This document shows, piece by piece, positions 38,507 through 47,282 of a stretch of 64,000 nucleotides of DNA. The notes below the pieces were generated by a model that worked only from the letters and a program-made list of their open reading frames with translations, was not told where the DNA came from and did not search any database. Position 1 is the stretch's first letter; every line of letters begins with the position of its first letter. The position numbers and the translations under genes were made by a program. The stretch is from Gemmatimonadales bacterium. GTDB lineage: Bacteria; Gemmatimonadota; Gemmatimonadetes; Gemmatimonadales; GWC2-71-9. Where the stretch lies: positions 2,846-66,845 of the forward strand of contig DASQIZ010000115.1 in the NCBI GenBank assembly GCA_035631315.1, in the 5' to 3' direction.

Positions 38507-39540
38507 CGTACCCCCGCGATGGTGATGGGAGTCGGGCGGTTCTGATCCGCCATGAGAAAGCCGGACAGATCCCGCAGATACGTCGAATCGTTGCGATCGA
38601 GCGCCGGCCACTGCTCGGGGTGATCGGGCGCGAAGAGTCCACCCAGGATCCCCATTAGCCCGGTCAGCGTGGAATCGGTCGGATTGTCATAGACCGCCAC
38701 GACGCGATACCGGCGCCCGGCTTCGAGATGCGGTCCCATGCCCCAGATCCCGAACAGCCTGCGCGAAACGTTGGGGAGCTTCCCGTCCGGGGCGTGGTCG
38801 ACGCCCACGTTCGCGATCACCCGGCCGGTGGCCGAGTCCTCGAGCCGGACCGAAGCGCCCCACGGGTGAAGGTGGGCCCCGGCTGCCAGGAGATGGCCGC
38901 TCACGGGGAACGAGAACACGCAGGTTTTCACCACGCCGCCCGGGGGTGCCGGGTAGGTGTTGTCGTCCCCCGCGTGATAGTTCACGTCGACCCAGAACGG
39001 CACGACGAGCTGAGGCGCGGGCTGTTCGTTCCGCGGCGTCCAGGTGAACGCGATCCGCAGGGTCACGCCTGTGAGGTCGGTGCCGGTCTCGTTGTGCCAC
39101 ATGAAGTAGAAACCGATGTGATCTCCCCCGCGTACCGGGACGGCGATCCCCACCGGCAGGGAGACATCCCCTGTTTCTTCGCCGCCACCAAACACCCGGT
39201 CGACGATGGGATAGACCAGATCCCGGCGGTCGAAATCGACCAGCGCGAAGTGATGGAGCAGGCTCGAGGGCAGCGGGTGCCCCTGGGCGTCCGTCACCCG
39301 CACGTGATAGGCGCGGAGCCACGTGTTTGCGGGCCAGACGAAGCGCGGCGAGTGGTCCTCCATCTCCTGCATGTCCATCATCGGCATGTCGGGTTCGGTC
39401 GCCAGGTCGTATGGCCCGAGCGTCAGGACCAGCTGGCGCCGGGACGAGTCGACGCTCATCGCGAAGCGGGCGGGCTGCGTCGGACGGCCGGGCCGTTCGG
39501 GTGCGAGGGCCACGCCGAGCGCAACGAGCAGGGTGATCAT
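38503..39540 (-). CDS. secreted protein with copper-monooxygenase-like (PHM/DBH-type) His/Met pattern, tentative
   Basis: Signal-like MITLLVALGVALA. Met-rich DMPMMDMQEMEDH. HH (96-97), H149, HLH (223-225) and M296 are spaced like the copper ligands of peptidylglycine monooxygenase. Confidence 0.4.
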   Translation of the reverse strand: MITLLVALGVALAPERPGRPTQPARFAMSVDSSRRQLVLTLGPYDLATEPDMPMMDMQEMEDHSPRFVWPANTWLRAYHVRVTDAQGHPLPSSLLHHFALVDFDRRDLVYPIVDRVFGGGEETGDVSLPVGIAVPVRGGDHIGFYFMWHNETGTDLTGVTLRIAFTWTPRNEQPAPQLVVPFWVDVNYHAGDDNTYPAPPGGVVKTCVFSFPVSGHLLAAGAHLHPWGASVRLEDSATGRVIANVGVDHAPDGKLPNVSRRLFGIWGMGPHLEAGRRYRVVAVYDNPTDSTLTGLMGILGGLFAPDHPEQWPALDRNDSTYLRDLSGFLMADQNRPTPITIAGVR

Positions 39541-39779
39541 GGTCTCCTCCGGGGTTTTTGGTTGCCCGGAGGTTCGGGGAGGCTCATCACGCGATGCTCA
39601 CGCGAGTGCGCGCCCATCCCCGCGATCAGCGCGAGCGGAAAGACCACCAGCGCGATCGGAACGATCAGGAAGAGCTGGAGGACGAAATGGATGCCGAGGA
39701 GCACGGCAATGGCGGCGTGGTGAGGGCGCGGACGGTCCATGGCGATCTCGGGTACGAGGGTTCGCGCCGAGGATGTCAT
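39537..39779 (-). CDS. small membrane protein (80 aa)
   Basis: Two hydrophobic helices (AAIAVLLGIHFVLQLFLIVPIALVVFPLALIAGMG). ATGA overlap with the downstream gene. His/Met-containing ends. Confidence 0.5.
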   Translation of the reverse strand: MTSSARTLVPEIAMDRPRPHHAAIAVLLGIHFVLQLFLIVPIALVVFPLALIAGMGAHSREHRVMSLPEPPGNQKPRRRP

Positions 39780-39822
39780 GGGATGATCAAGTAGCCATCA
39801 CGGGTCTCCGCGTGATTGCGGC

Positions 39823-42444
39823 GTGATCGAGGTCCGGTATCATCAGTGCCGGCCTCCCGTGCACCAAGAATTGTTCGAGCGCGTACGCGCCGCCCTCGCT
39901 TCGACGATCCGCATCGATGCCGAAATAGGGCGGGGCGGCATGGGCGTGGTGTATCGCGGCTGGCACCTTCAGCTCGACATTGCGGTCGCGGTGAAGGTGC
40001 TGAACCCCAAGATCGCAGACGCAGACAGCACTGACCGCTTCCGTCGTGAAGCGCAGGTGATGGCCCGCTTCCGGCACCCTCACATCATCAAGATTCTCGA
40101 TCTGCCATCACCCGATCAGGTGGACAGACTGCACCTCTTCGTCATGGAGTACATCGAAGGCACGTCGCTGGCCGAGCGTATCACCGAAGGGCGCCTGCGT
40201 CCCCAGGAGGCTCTGGAGGTGGGCCGGCAGCTCCTCGCCGCGCTGATCGAAGTGCATCGCCGCGGCGTGGTTCATCGCGACGTCAAGCCGCAAAACGTGA
40301 TCTACGATTCGATACGGCGAGGATGGATCCTCGCCGACTTCGGCATCGCGAAGGTGCCGGACACCCTACCGCTGACCGACCCCGGGATCGGCCGCGGTAC
40401 GCGTGACTACCTGCCGAAGGATCAGGACGAGTGGCGGAATGTCACGCCTCAGCTCGACCTCTTCGCGGCCGCGGCTACCATCTACGAGGCGTACACGTCG
40501 GAGCCGTGGAACAACAACACGTCGCCGACTTCCACGGAGTGGCGACGGATTCCCGGGCGACAGGCGAGAGCCTTGCGTAAGGGAATTGCTGAGGCGAAGG
40601 ACCGGTGGAAGTCCGCCGAGGCGTTTCTGCAGGGGTTCGAGCCGGCGGTTGCCTGGGTGCGCATTGCCCTGGTGGCGCTCCTGGTCGCAGCCAGTCTCGG
40701 GTGGGCGGTTCGTCCGATTCGATGCTGGCTTTTCCCCGGCATGTGCCCGCCTCCTGTCGATTTCGCCTTGGCCGGTTTCACTGCGTCCGACGTCACCTTG
40801 CAGACGAAGGCGGGGGACCTGAGCACGGCGGTCATGGCGGGGCTGAGTGCAACGCTCGACACCGATCCGATCCCTGAGGCGTGCCCTGCGAAGGCTCGCC
40901 ACTGTGTTTCAGGCGCGCTCAGTCGGATCGACCCCGACTCCTTGATCCTCACTCTAGACATCACGAACGACGGGAGGGTCGAGCGGGTCACTCTGCCGCC
41001 CAGCAGGAACGTCTCGACGCTTGCCGGACAAGCAGTGATCGCCGTGCTCAACAGCACGGGATATCCCCGCACCGTCGAGGAATGCCTTCTTCCCCCGGTC
41101 CCCACGACCAGTCAACTCAGCGCGTGCGACCAGTACGAGCGCGGTGTGAAGCTCTTTAAGCAGGACAAGTGGCAGGAGGCGAGGGACCATTTCCGCCAGG
41201 CGATCGAACTCAACCCTGCGCTCGCCGACGCCCTGTGGCGACTCTACACCACGGATGTGTGGCGCCGGGAGGATCCCGATTCTGCGGTCATCAAGCTGAT
41301 CCGCGCTCACCGACACGACCTCCCCGTAATGGACGGGATGCTGTTCGACGCCCAGCAGACGCCCGAAGGTCTGGTCCGCATCGGGAGGTTCGAGCGTGTG
41401 GTCCGTCGCTATCCGCGCGAGGCGTTTCCGAAGCTTCTCTATGGAAGCGAGCTCTTTCATCGGGGGGCACTGTCCTGCATCGCACTCGATTCAAGCCGGG
41501 CGGTTTTGCGGGAGGCTGTGGCGGCTGACACGAACCTCGTCGAGGCCTACGACCAACTGCTCTGGGTCCTCATCCGAATCGGTAACGAAGCGGTAGCGGA
41601 CAGCATGTTCAGCGCTTATCCCGTGGAACATCGAGGGGCTCTCTACAAAGCGCTCCAGATCGCCGCGGCCGCGCGCTTTACACACGGAGGCCCTCCAACG
41701 CGATCGATCAAGGACACGGCGCTGCTCAGGACCCTGCGCCAGACTTTCCGTTGGGGGCTCTCACTCAACATCCCGGAAGCCCAGGCAGATCTGGGCCTGA
41801 TGTTCTCGCAGTCGCAGGACCGCGACGCTCGGATGGACGGCTTTGAAGGACTCGCGATCGCCGAGTTGTCGATGGGCCAGATCCAAGTAGGCCTCGCGCA
41901 CGCGGACTCGGCCGCGCTTGGGGACGTCGGGGCCCTTGAAGGCGCCGAGTGGCGCGTGATCCCGGCGGCGCTTGGGGTCTTCAAGCTCCCGGAGCAGGAG
42001 CGCGAGCGGGGGCGAACGAGGCTCCAGTCCATCGCACGCTCGACGGGGGGCCTGGCCGCTCGCGCCGCCTGGGCGCTCGCGCTTGATGCGTACCTCGCTG
42101 GCGATACCAAGACCGGCGCCACATGGGAGGCCATCCTCAGCTCCCAGACCGCGCGTGACACCGTTCCGCGGCTCCGCCCGCTGCTCCTCGCGGTGAAAGC
42201 GAGTTCTCTACGGCTGTCTCAGCCATTGCTGAACCTTGACGAGGCGCCCCAGATCGTCGACCCCTTCTGGCGCTCGGTGCTTCACCTCCTGCGTAGTCGC
42301 TGGGCCCAGGCCGCGGGCGATGCCAGGTCGGTTCGCTGTGAGCTGGGGTGGTCCGACAACGCGGACATCCAAGGCTGGTCCCGGGGGCCCGTGCAGGCGT
42401 CCGAGGTCGACTGGGTGATCGGCCGCGCGGTCCGTCGGCCGTGA
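39823..42444 (+). CDS. receptor-type Ser/Thr protein kinase with extracytoplasmic TPR-like domain
   Basis: GRGGMGVVYRG glycine loop, VAVKVL, HRDVKPQNVIY catalytic loop, DFGIAK. TM segment VRIALVALLVAASLGWAV, then about 570 aa that are helical-repeat-like. Confidence 0.85.
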   Translation: MIEVRYHQCRPPVHQELFERVRAALASTIRIDAEIGRGGMGVVYRGWHLQLDIAVAVKVLNPKIADADSTDRFRREAQVMARFRHPHIIKILDLPSPDQVDRLHLFVMEYIEGTSLAERITEGRLRPQEALEVGRQLLAALIEVHRRGVVHRDVKPQNVIYDSIRRGWILADFGIAKVPDTLPLTDPGIGRGTRDYLPKDQDEWRNVTPQLDLFAAAATIYEAYTSEPWNNNTSPTSTEWRRIPGRQARALRKGIAEAKDRWKSAEAFLQGFEPAVAWVRIALVALLVAASLGWAVRPIRCWLFPGMCPPPVDFALAGFTASDVTLQTKAGDLSTAVMAGLSATLDTDPIPEACPAKARHCVSGALSRIDPDSLILTLDITNDGRVERVTLPPSRNVSTLAGQAVIAVLNSTGYPRTVEECLLPPVPTTSQLSACDQYERGVKLFKQDKWQEARDHFRQAIELNPALADALWRLYTTDVWRREDPDSAVIKLIRAHRHDLPVMDGMLFDAQQTPEGLVRIGRFERVVRRYPREAFPKLLYGSELFHRGALSCIALDSSRAVLREAVAADTNLVEAYDQLLWVLIRIGNEAVADSMFSAYPVEHRGALYKALQIAAAARFTHGGPPTRSIKDTALLRTLRQTFRWGLSLNIPEAQADLGLMFSQSQDRDARMDGFEGLAIAELSMGQIQVGLAHADSAALGDVGALEGAEWRVIPAALGVFKLPEQERERGRTRLQSIARSTGGLAARAAWALALDAYLAGDTKTGATWEAILSSQTARDTVPRLRPLLLAVKASSLRLSQPLLNLDEAPQIVDPFWRSVLHLLRSRWAQAAGDARSVRCELGWSDNADIQGWSRGPVQASEVDWVIGRAVRRP

Positions 42445-44309
42445 TCTCCATCCGCGCACTCGGGCCGCTCGTCATAAAGGTCGACGGGCAAGAGCCGCCG
42501 CCCGAGCTCCAGTGGAAGAAGGTCCAAAGTCTCCTACTGTACCTGGTGTTCGCTCCGCGGCACACGCGATCGAAGGACCACGTGATGGGTATGCTCTGGC
42601 CCGACGCCAGGAGACCTAGCGCATCCCTGAACCAGGCCCGGTGGTTGCTCAAAGAATACGGTGGCGTCGTGATCGCCGAAGATCGCGACCAGCTCCGCTT
42701 GGATCCGAAGAACGTCGAGGTCGATACCACCCGCTTCGAGCAATTGGTGCGCGAGAAGAAATGGCCAGAGGCCGCGGCGATGGTCGAAGGGACTTTTCTC
42801 GATGGGTTCACCGCCTCAAACACTTCCGGCTTCGACGAGTGGCTTGAAGGAGAGCGGGAGAAACGGCGGGCGAAGTGCGGAGATGTTCTCATCCGCGCCG
42901 CCAAGAAACTGGTCGATGGCGGTGCCGTGGAGCGGGCGGAGCCGATCGCTGAGCGCGCCCAGCAGTTGCTGCCGTACTCGGATGAAGCGATCTGCATCCA
43001 TTTGACGGTGCTGGGACTCGAGGGGCGACGGAGCGAAGCCAAGGTGGTCGGCGTGCTCTTTGAGAAGCGGCTTGCAGAAGTGGGCAGGCACCCTGAACCA
43101 TCGACGACCAAGCTTCTCGCAGTGATCGACGAGCTCGCGCCCGCACCCGACCGAGAACTGAGCCAGAAGCCGCGACCGCCCCTGGTCGGACGGTCAGCGA
43201 AGCTGGAAGAGGTGGTGGGCGTCTGGGAGGCGGCGCGAGCCGGCACACCGGGCGTCGTCCTCGTGCTGGGCGATGAGGGGATGGGCAAGACCCGATTCAT
43301 TGAAGAAGTCATGGACCGGGCGCGTTTTAATGGCGCCACGGTTGCCATTACCCGCGGCGTGCCCGGGGACACGAATCATCAATGGATTGGCCTCAAAACG
43401 CTGATTGATGGGGGCCTGCTCGGTGCTCCCGGAATTGCGGGTGCACCGCCAGCCGCCGTCGCGGCTCTGGGGGAGCAGTCCTTGCTGTGGGCGGCAAGAT
43501 TCCCCGTCAAGGCTCCCGGCGAACCACTTGGCTTGTTGCAGGCAGTGACAGAGGTGATCCGCGCCACTGCCCTCGAGCACCCGGTGCTCCTCGTCGCGGA
43601 TGATGCCCAGTGGATCGATGGCGAGTCGTTACAGGCACTGATCGGCCTCGTTCGCTCACTTGCCGAAAACCGGGTGATGTTGCTCCTCACTGCGTCGTCC
43701 GATCCTCCTCGGGCTGAGATCGATCAGATTCGCTCTCGTATCGGCTCGGACTTGAACGGCGTGACGGTGAGGCTGGAACCGCTGGGTCGCGACGACCTGA
43801 TCGTCCTGGCGCGCTGGGCGCTCCCCAAGTACACCGATGACCAGCTGGACCGCATCGCCCGGCGCGTCGGTGCCGAGTCGGCCGGGTTTCCGCTCATTGC
43901 GTATGTGATTTTCACCGCCGTGGCCGACGGGTTGGAGCTCGGCGACATCGGGGAGCCTTGGCCTCGCCGCAAGAACACCTACGAAGGCGAACTCCCGGTG
44001 GATCTGGCCGACAACCTGGTCGGCGCTCTCAACGTGCGCTTTGGACGCCTGGCCACCGATGCGCAGTCGGTGCTCCGGGTACTGGCGGTGCTGGGTGGAC
44101 CGTGCACCGCGAAGCATCTGGAGCGTGGATCGGACCTGCCGCGACCGCGTGTCGAACGGGCACTGGATGAACTCGAGACCAGGCAATGGGTGGTCGCCGA
44201 TGCCCGCGGGTACGCGTTTCTGGCCTGGACCTTTCGGAGCATCGTAAGAAAGAGGCACGTTCGGGACGGAGAAGCTATCAGAATCCAGGAGCGCATGATC
44301 GCTACGTGA
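42441..44309 (+). CDS. SARP-type winged-helix / BTAD / P-loop ATPase regulator (AfsR-like, no obvious C-terminal TPR)
   Basis: GTG overlaps the kinase stop (GTGA). N-terminus IRALGPLVIKVDGQ...KKVQSLLLYL (OmpR/SARP DNA-binding domain), BTAD-like helices, Walker A LGDEGMGKT, Walker B LLVADDAQWID. Confidence 0.75.
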   Translation: MISIRALGPLVIKVDGQEPPPELQWKKVQSLLLYLVFAPRHTRSKDHVMGMLWPDARRPSASLNQARWLLKEYGGVVIAEDRDQLRLDPKNVEVDTTRFEQLVREKKWPEAAAMVEGTFLDGFTASNTSGFDEWLEGEREKRRAKCGDVLIRAAKKLVDGGAVERAEPIAERAQQLLPYSDEAICIHLTVLGLEGRRSEAKVVGVLFEKRLAEVGRHPEPSTTKLLAVIDELAPAPDRELSQKPRPPLVGRSAKLEEVVGVWEAARAGTPGVVLVLGDEGMGKTRFIEEVMDRARFNGATVAITRGVPGDTNHQWIGLKTLIDGGLLGAPGIAGAPPAAVAALGEQSLLWAARFPVKAPGEPLGLLQAVTEVIRATALEHPVLLVADDAQWIDGESLQALIGLVRSLAENRVMLLLTASSDPPRAEIDQIRSRIGSDLNGVTVRLEPLGRDDLIVLARWALPKYTDDQLDRIARRVGAESAGFPLIAYVIFTAVADGLELGDIGEPWPRRKNTYEGELPVDLADNLVGALNVRFGRLATDAQSVLRVLAVLGGPCTAKHLERGSDLPRPRVERALDELETRQWVVADARGYAFLAWTFRSIVRKRHVRDGEAIRIQERMIAT

Positions 44310-44354
44310 GACCCCAGGCGGACACTTCCGGGAACCCTTACCCGGAGTCTCCTC

Positions 44355-45545
44355 GTGAAACCCTCGTACCTGCTCCTGCTTGCCGGTGCCCTTACCGCGT
44401 GCGACGCGCCGCACACCACCGGCCCCCTCTTCCAGTACCACTCCCCCGACGCCATCCGCTCGGCACCACCGGCGCCCGCGCCCCTCACCACCCTCAGCCT
44501 CGGCGGCGAGTCGCGCACGCTGTGGCCGTACCTCAACTCCGACCTCTCCAGCACCCCTGAAGATCCAGTCTCCCTGGTGTTCCGCGGCCCGGCCGACCCC
44601 CGGTCGATCCGCGCGGCGCTCTTCGCCCTGAATGGCGACCGCTCGGCCTTCGGATTCCCGAACGTCGCTCCCTTCAACTGCACCTGGAGTGACGCCATCG
44701 GCGACGTGCAGGCAGGGTTCACGCAGGAGAATGGCTGGGTGGGCAGCGCCATCCAGCTCGCCTGCGGGGACTTCGGTCCCATGCGGTTCCACGTGCGCCT
44801 GTTCGCCATGGGCAATGGCTGGACCATCGGTGGTGCCCACTTCGAAGTCCTGATCCCCGGCACGACTACGCACCAGGTTCTGAGCTGGGAGCTGGCAGAG
44901 CAGCTGGTGACCGCCGACCTCGTCCGCACCGGTCTGCTGGACCCCTCCAATCCCATCGGCCAAACCGACGCCATCAATGCGTCGCCCTTCCGGACCATTC
45001 CGGCGGTGATCTACAACGGACTCCCCGGTGACCTGCGTGCCGTCATCGGCGGTCCGGCGGCCGATCAGAGTGCCGACGTGCTGATCAACAATGACGGCCA
45101 CGCCACGGTGTTCAACGTCGCGGGCACTGCGCAACAGAACGCGGGCACAGCACTTCAGGACTTCACCATCGACTTCAACCAGGTGATTCCGAGGCCGTTC
45201 TGCGCCTCTGGCCCCGCGGACTACGTCCTGGTCCAGGGTCCCGTTCATCTGACTGAGACGATTCAGGCCACGGCGACCGCCTACAGCACGCAATTCCACG
45301 CCACCGGGAAACTCACGGTCACTCCGGTCGACCCCACGACCGGCTCTCCGACCGGTGCGTCATTCTCCGCGACCGTTCAGCAGGAGCAGTCGAGTGCCTT
45401 CAGCGACACCGGCGCGAGCGCGTCGGAGAAGCTGACGCAGACCCTGATCCCGACCGATGGGCAGACGAGCCAACTGAAGACTCTGCTTGATGTGGTGACT
45501 GGTGGCAGGGCAGCAGCAGATGCGAAGGTGAAGTGCGGAGTCTGA
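44355..45545 (+). CDS. hypothetical lipoprotein (396 aa)
   Basis: GGAG ribosome-binding site then GTG. MKPSYLLLLAGALTAC lipobox. No family recognised. Confidence 0.65.
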   Translation: MKPSYLLLLAGALTACDAPHTTGPLFQYHSPDAIRSAPPAPAPLTTLSLGGESRTLWPYLNSDLSSTPEDPVSLVFRGPADPRSIRAALFALNGDRSAFGFPNVAPFNCTWSDAIGDVQAGFTQENGWVGSAIQLACGDFGPMRFHVRLFAMGNGWTIGGAHFEVLIPGTTTHQVLSWELAEQLVTADLVRTGLLDPSNPIGQTDAINASPFRTIPAVIYNGLPGDLRAVIGGPAADQSADVLINNDGHATVFNVAGTAQQNAGTALQDFTIDFNQVIPRPFCASGPADYVLVQGPVHLTETIQATATAYSTQFHATGKLTVTPVDPTTGSPTGASFSATVQQEQSSAFSDTGASASEKLTQTLIPTDGQTSQLKTLLDVVTGGRAAADAKVKCGV

Positions 45546-45553
45546 GAGAGCGT

Positions 45554-45584
45554 GTTAACCCCGCGGCCATGCCGCGGGGTTAAC
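45554..45584. terminator. bidirectional perfect hairpin GTTAACCCCGCGGC-cat-GCCGCGGGGTTAAC
   Basis: 14-bp perfect inverted repeat between convergent genes. A variant of the AACCCCGGGG family. Confidence 0.6.
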
Positions 45585-45595
45585 GGCCCCCAGCC

Positions 45596-46636
45596 CTACC
45601 GATTGGTGAACACCAAGCCCGCGTGATCCGAAGGCCACACCAGATGGGCCGGGCCAGCCACCCGGTCGCCAGGGCGCTCACCGACACGCTCGATCTTCGC
45701 GCTGCCATTGGAAACCGGCAGGGACGACCAGACATAGTCGATGCGCTGGTTGAACACCGGGGTTTGCGTGCCCAGATCCGGGGTCTCACAGCACGTGAAG
45801 CCGAGCTGCTGGGACTTGAGCGAGCCCCAGGTATCGATCAGGCCGGCGCCCTGCATGACTTGATAGGCCGGCGATCCCGGGACGTCGTTGAAGTCGCCCA
45901 TGACGTAGGCGGGCTCTCCGGCGGGAAGCGCCGACGTCAGCTCGATGGCCTGTGCCGCGCGCAATTCGGCGATGCCCGGCGCATCGCCCGACTCGAGATG
46001 GGTGCTCGCGAACGTCACGTCCTGGCCGGCGACCGTCGCTTGCACAATCACGTAGCCGCGCTTCAGTTCCACCCCGGGCGCGACCACGCCGATGTTGGCG
46101 GCATAGCTGTTCCCGGCCGCCGCCGTGACACTCACGCGATCGGGATTCACCAGCATCACGTCACGGTCGTGAAGCGCGATTCCCGGCACCGGCGTCGCGA
46201 CGATGTTCAAGACCGACGAGGCCTCCACATAGTGCACGCCACGCGCGGTCAGGGAATCGAGCAGGAGCGGGAGAAAGTCGATGTGAAGATCCACGAGCCC
46301 GGGAAGGGTGATGTCGATCTGTGAGACCTCCTGCAGGCCCACGACGTCGGGCCGGGCACGCGCGATCTCCGCGGCCATGGCGCCTGCCCGCGCCGGATAG
46401 TCCGTGACCTCGAGGGTCTGAATGCCGTTCAACAGCGCGGGGAAATCATCGGATGTATCGGGAGAAACGAGGGCTGCGATGACGGCGTCCAAGTCGGCGC
46501 CGACGTACATGTTCTGCGTCATCGTGGTGATGCCCTGGCTCTGGACGTCCAATGTCCTCAGCGACGGCGGCAGAGCGGTGGGCTCGGACTCGAAGCAGGC
46601 GACGGTGCCGAGCAGCAACAGCGGGAGGTAACGCAC
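45596..46636 (-). CDS. endonuclease/exonuclease/phosphatase (EEP) family lipoprotein
   Basis: VVGLQEV, MGDFND and WPSDHAGLV motifs. VRYLPLLLLGTVAC lipobox (GTG start). Confidence 0.8.
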   Translation of the reverse strand: MRYLPLLLLGTVACFESEPTALPPSLRTLDVQSQGITTMTQNMYVGADLDAVIAALVSPDTSDDFPALLNGIQTLEVTDYPARAGAMAAEIARARPDVVGLQEVSQIDITLPGLVDLHIDFLPLLLDSLTARGVHYVEASSVLNIVATPVPGIALHDRDVMLVNPDRVSVTAAAGNSYAANIGVVAPGVELKRGYVIVQATVAGQDVTFASTHLESGDAPGIAELRAAQAIELTSALPAGEPAYVMGDFNDVPGSPAYQVMQGAGLIDTWGSLKSQQLGFTCCETPDLGTQTPVFNQRIDYVWSSLPVSNGSAKIERVGERPGDRVAGPAHLVWPSDHAGLVFTNR

Positions 46637-46741
46637 GGTACGGCTCCTGAAAGGGTTGTTTCAGAGTCGTACGCCGCCATCACGTACCGATCATGTGCAT
46701 GCCGTTGAAGCCTTCACCCTGCCGCCAACGTAGTTTCCAGC

Positions 46742-47248
46742 ATGGACCACACGCTTCTGGTGATCGGCCTGATCGTCTGCTGCGTGGCCGGCCTGGCCAT
46801 GATCGCCATCAGCCTGCCCGGTATCTGGGTCATGGTCATCGCGGTGATCGCCTACGGCCTGGTGACGCACTTCGTGGGTGTCGGCGTGATCACCCTCTCG
46901 GTAACCATCGTCCTCGCGCTGCTCAGTGAAGTCGCCGAAGCCTACCTGGGCTTCGGGTTAGCCAAGAAATACGGCGGGTCCAAGCGCGCGGGGTGGGGTG
47001 CGCTCATCGGCGGGTTGGTGGGGGCTGCGGTTGGCGTTCCCGTCCCCGTCGTGGGCAGCGTGATCGGCTCGCTCGTCGGCGCCTTTGCGGGCGCTCTGCT
47101 CTTCGAGTACCTGGGCCACGGCGATTCGGACAAGGCGTTCAAGGCCGGGTGGGGGGCCCTGCTGGGCCGGGTCGCCGCGACCGCGACGAAGATGGCGATG
47201 GGCTTCGTGATCACCGTGATGGCGGTGATCGGGGCACTGCGGGGGTAG
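46742..47248 (+). CDS. DUF456-family membrane protein
   Basis: Four TM helices with the KKYGGSKRAGWGALIGGLVGA motif characteristic of DUF456. Confidence 0.75.
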   Translation: MDHTLLVIGLIVCCVAGLAMIAISLPGIWVMVIAVIAYGLVTHFVGVGVITLSVTIVLALLSEVAEAYLGFGLAKKYGGSKRAGWGALIGGLVGAAVGVPVPVVGSVIGSLVGAFAGALLFEYLGHGDSDKAFKAGWGALLGRVAATATKMAMGFVITVMAVIGALRG

Positions 47249-47274
47249 GGGTGGAGGGAGTGCCCCCTACCCCC
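47241..47274. terminator. hairpin GGGGGTAGGGG-N12-CCCCTACCCCC between convergent genes
   Basis: 11-bp stem read directly. Includes the TAG stop of the DUF456 gene. Confidence 0.45.
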
Positions 47275-47282
47275 CTCTCTAC

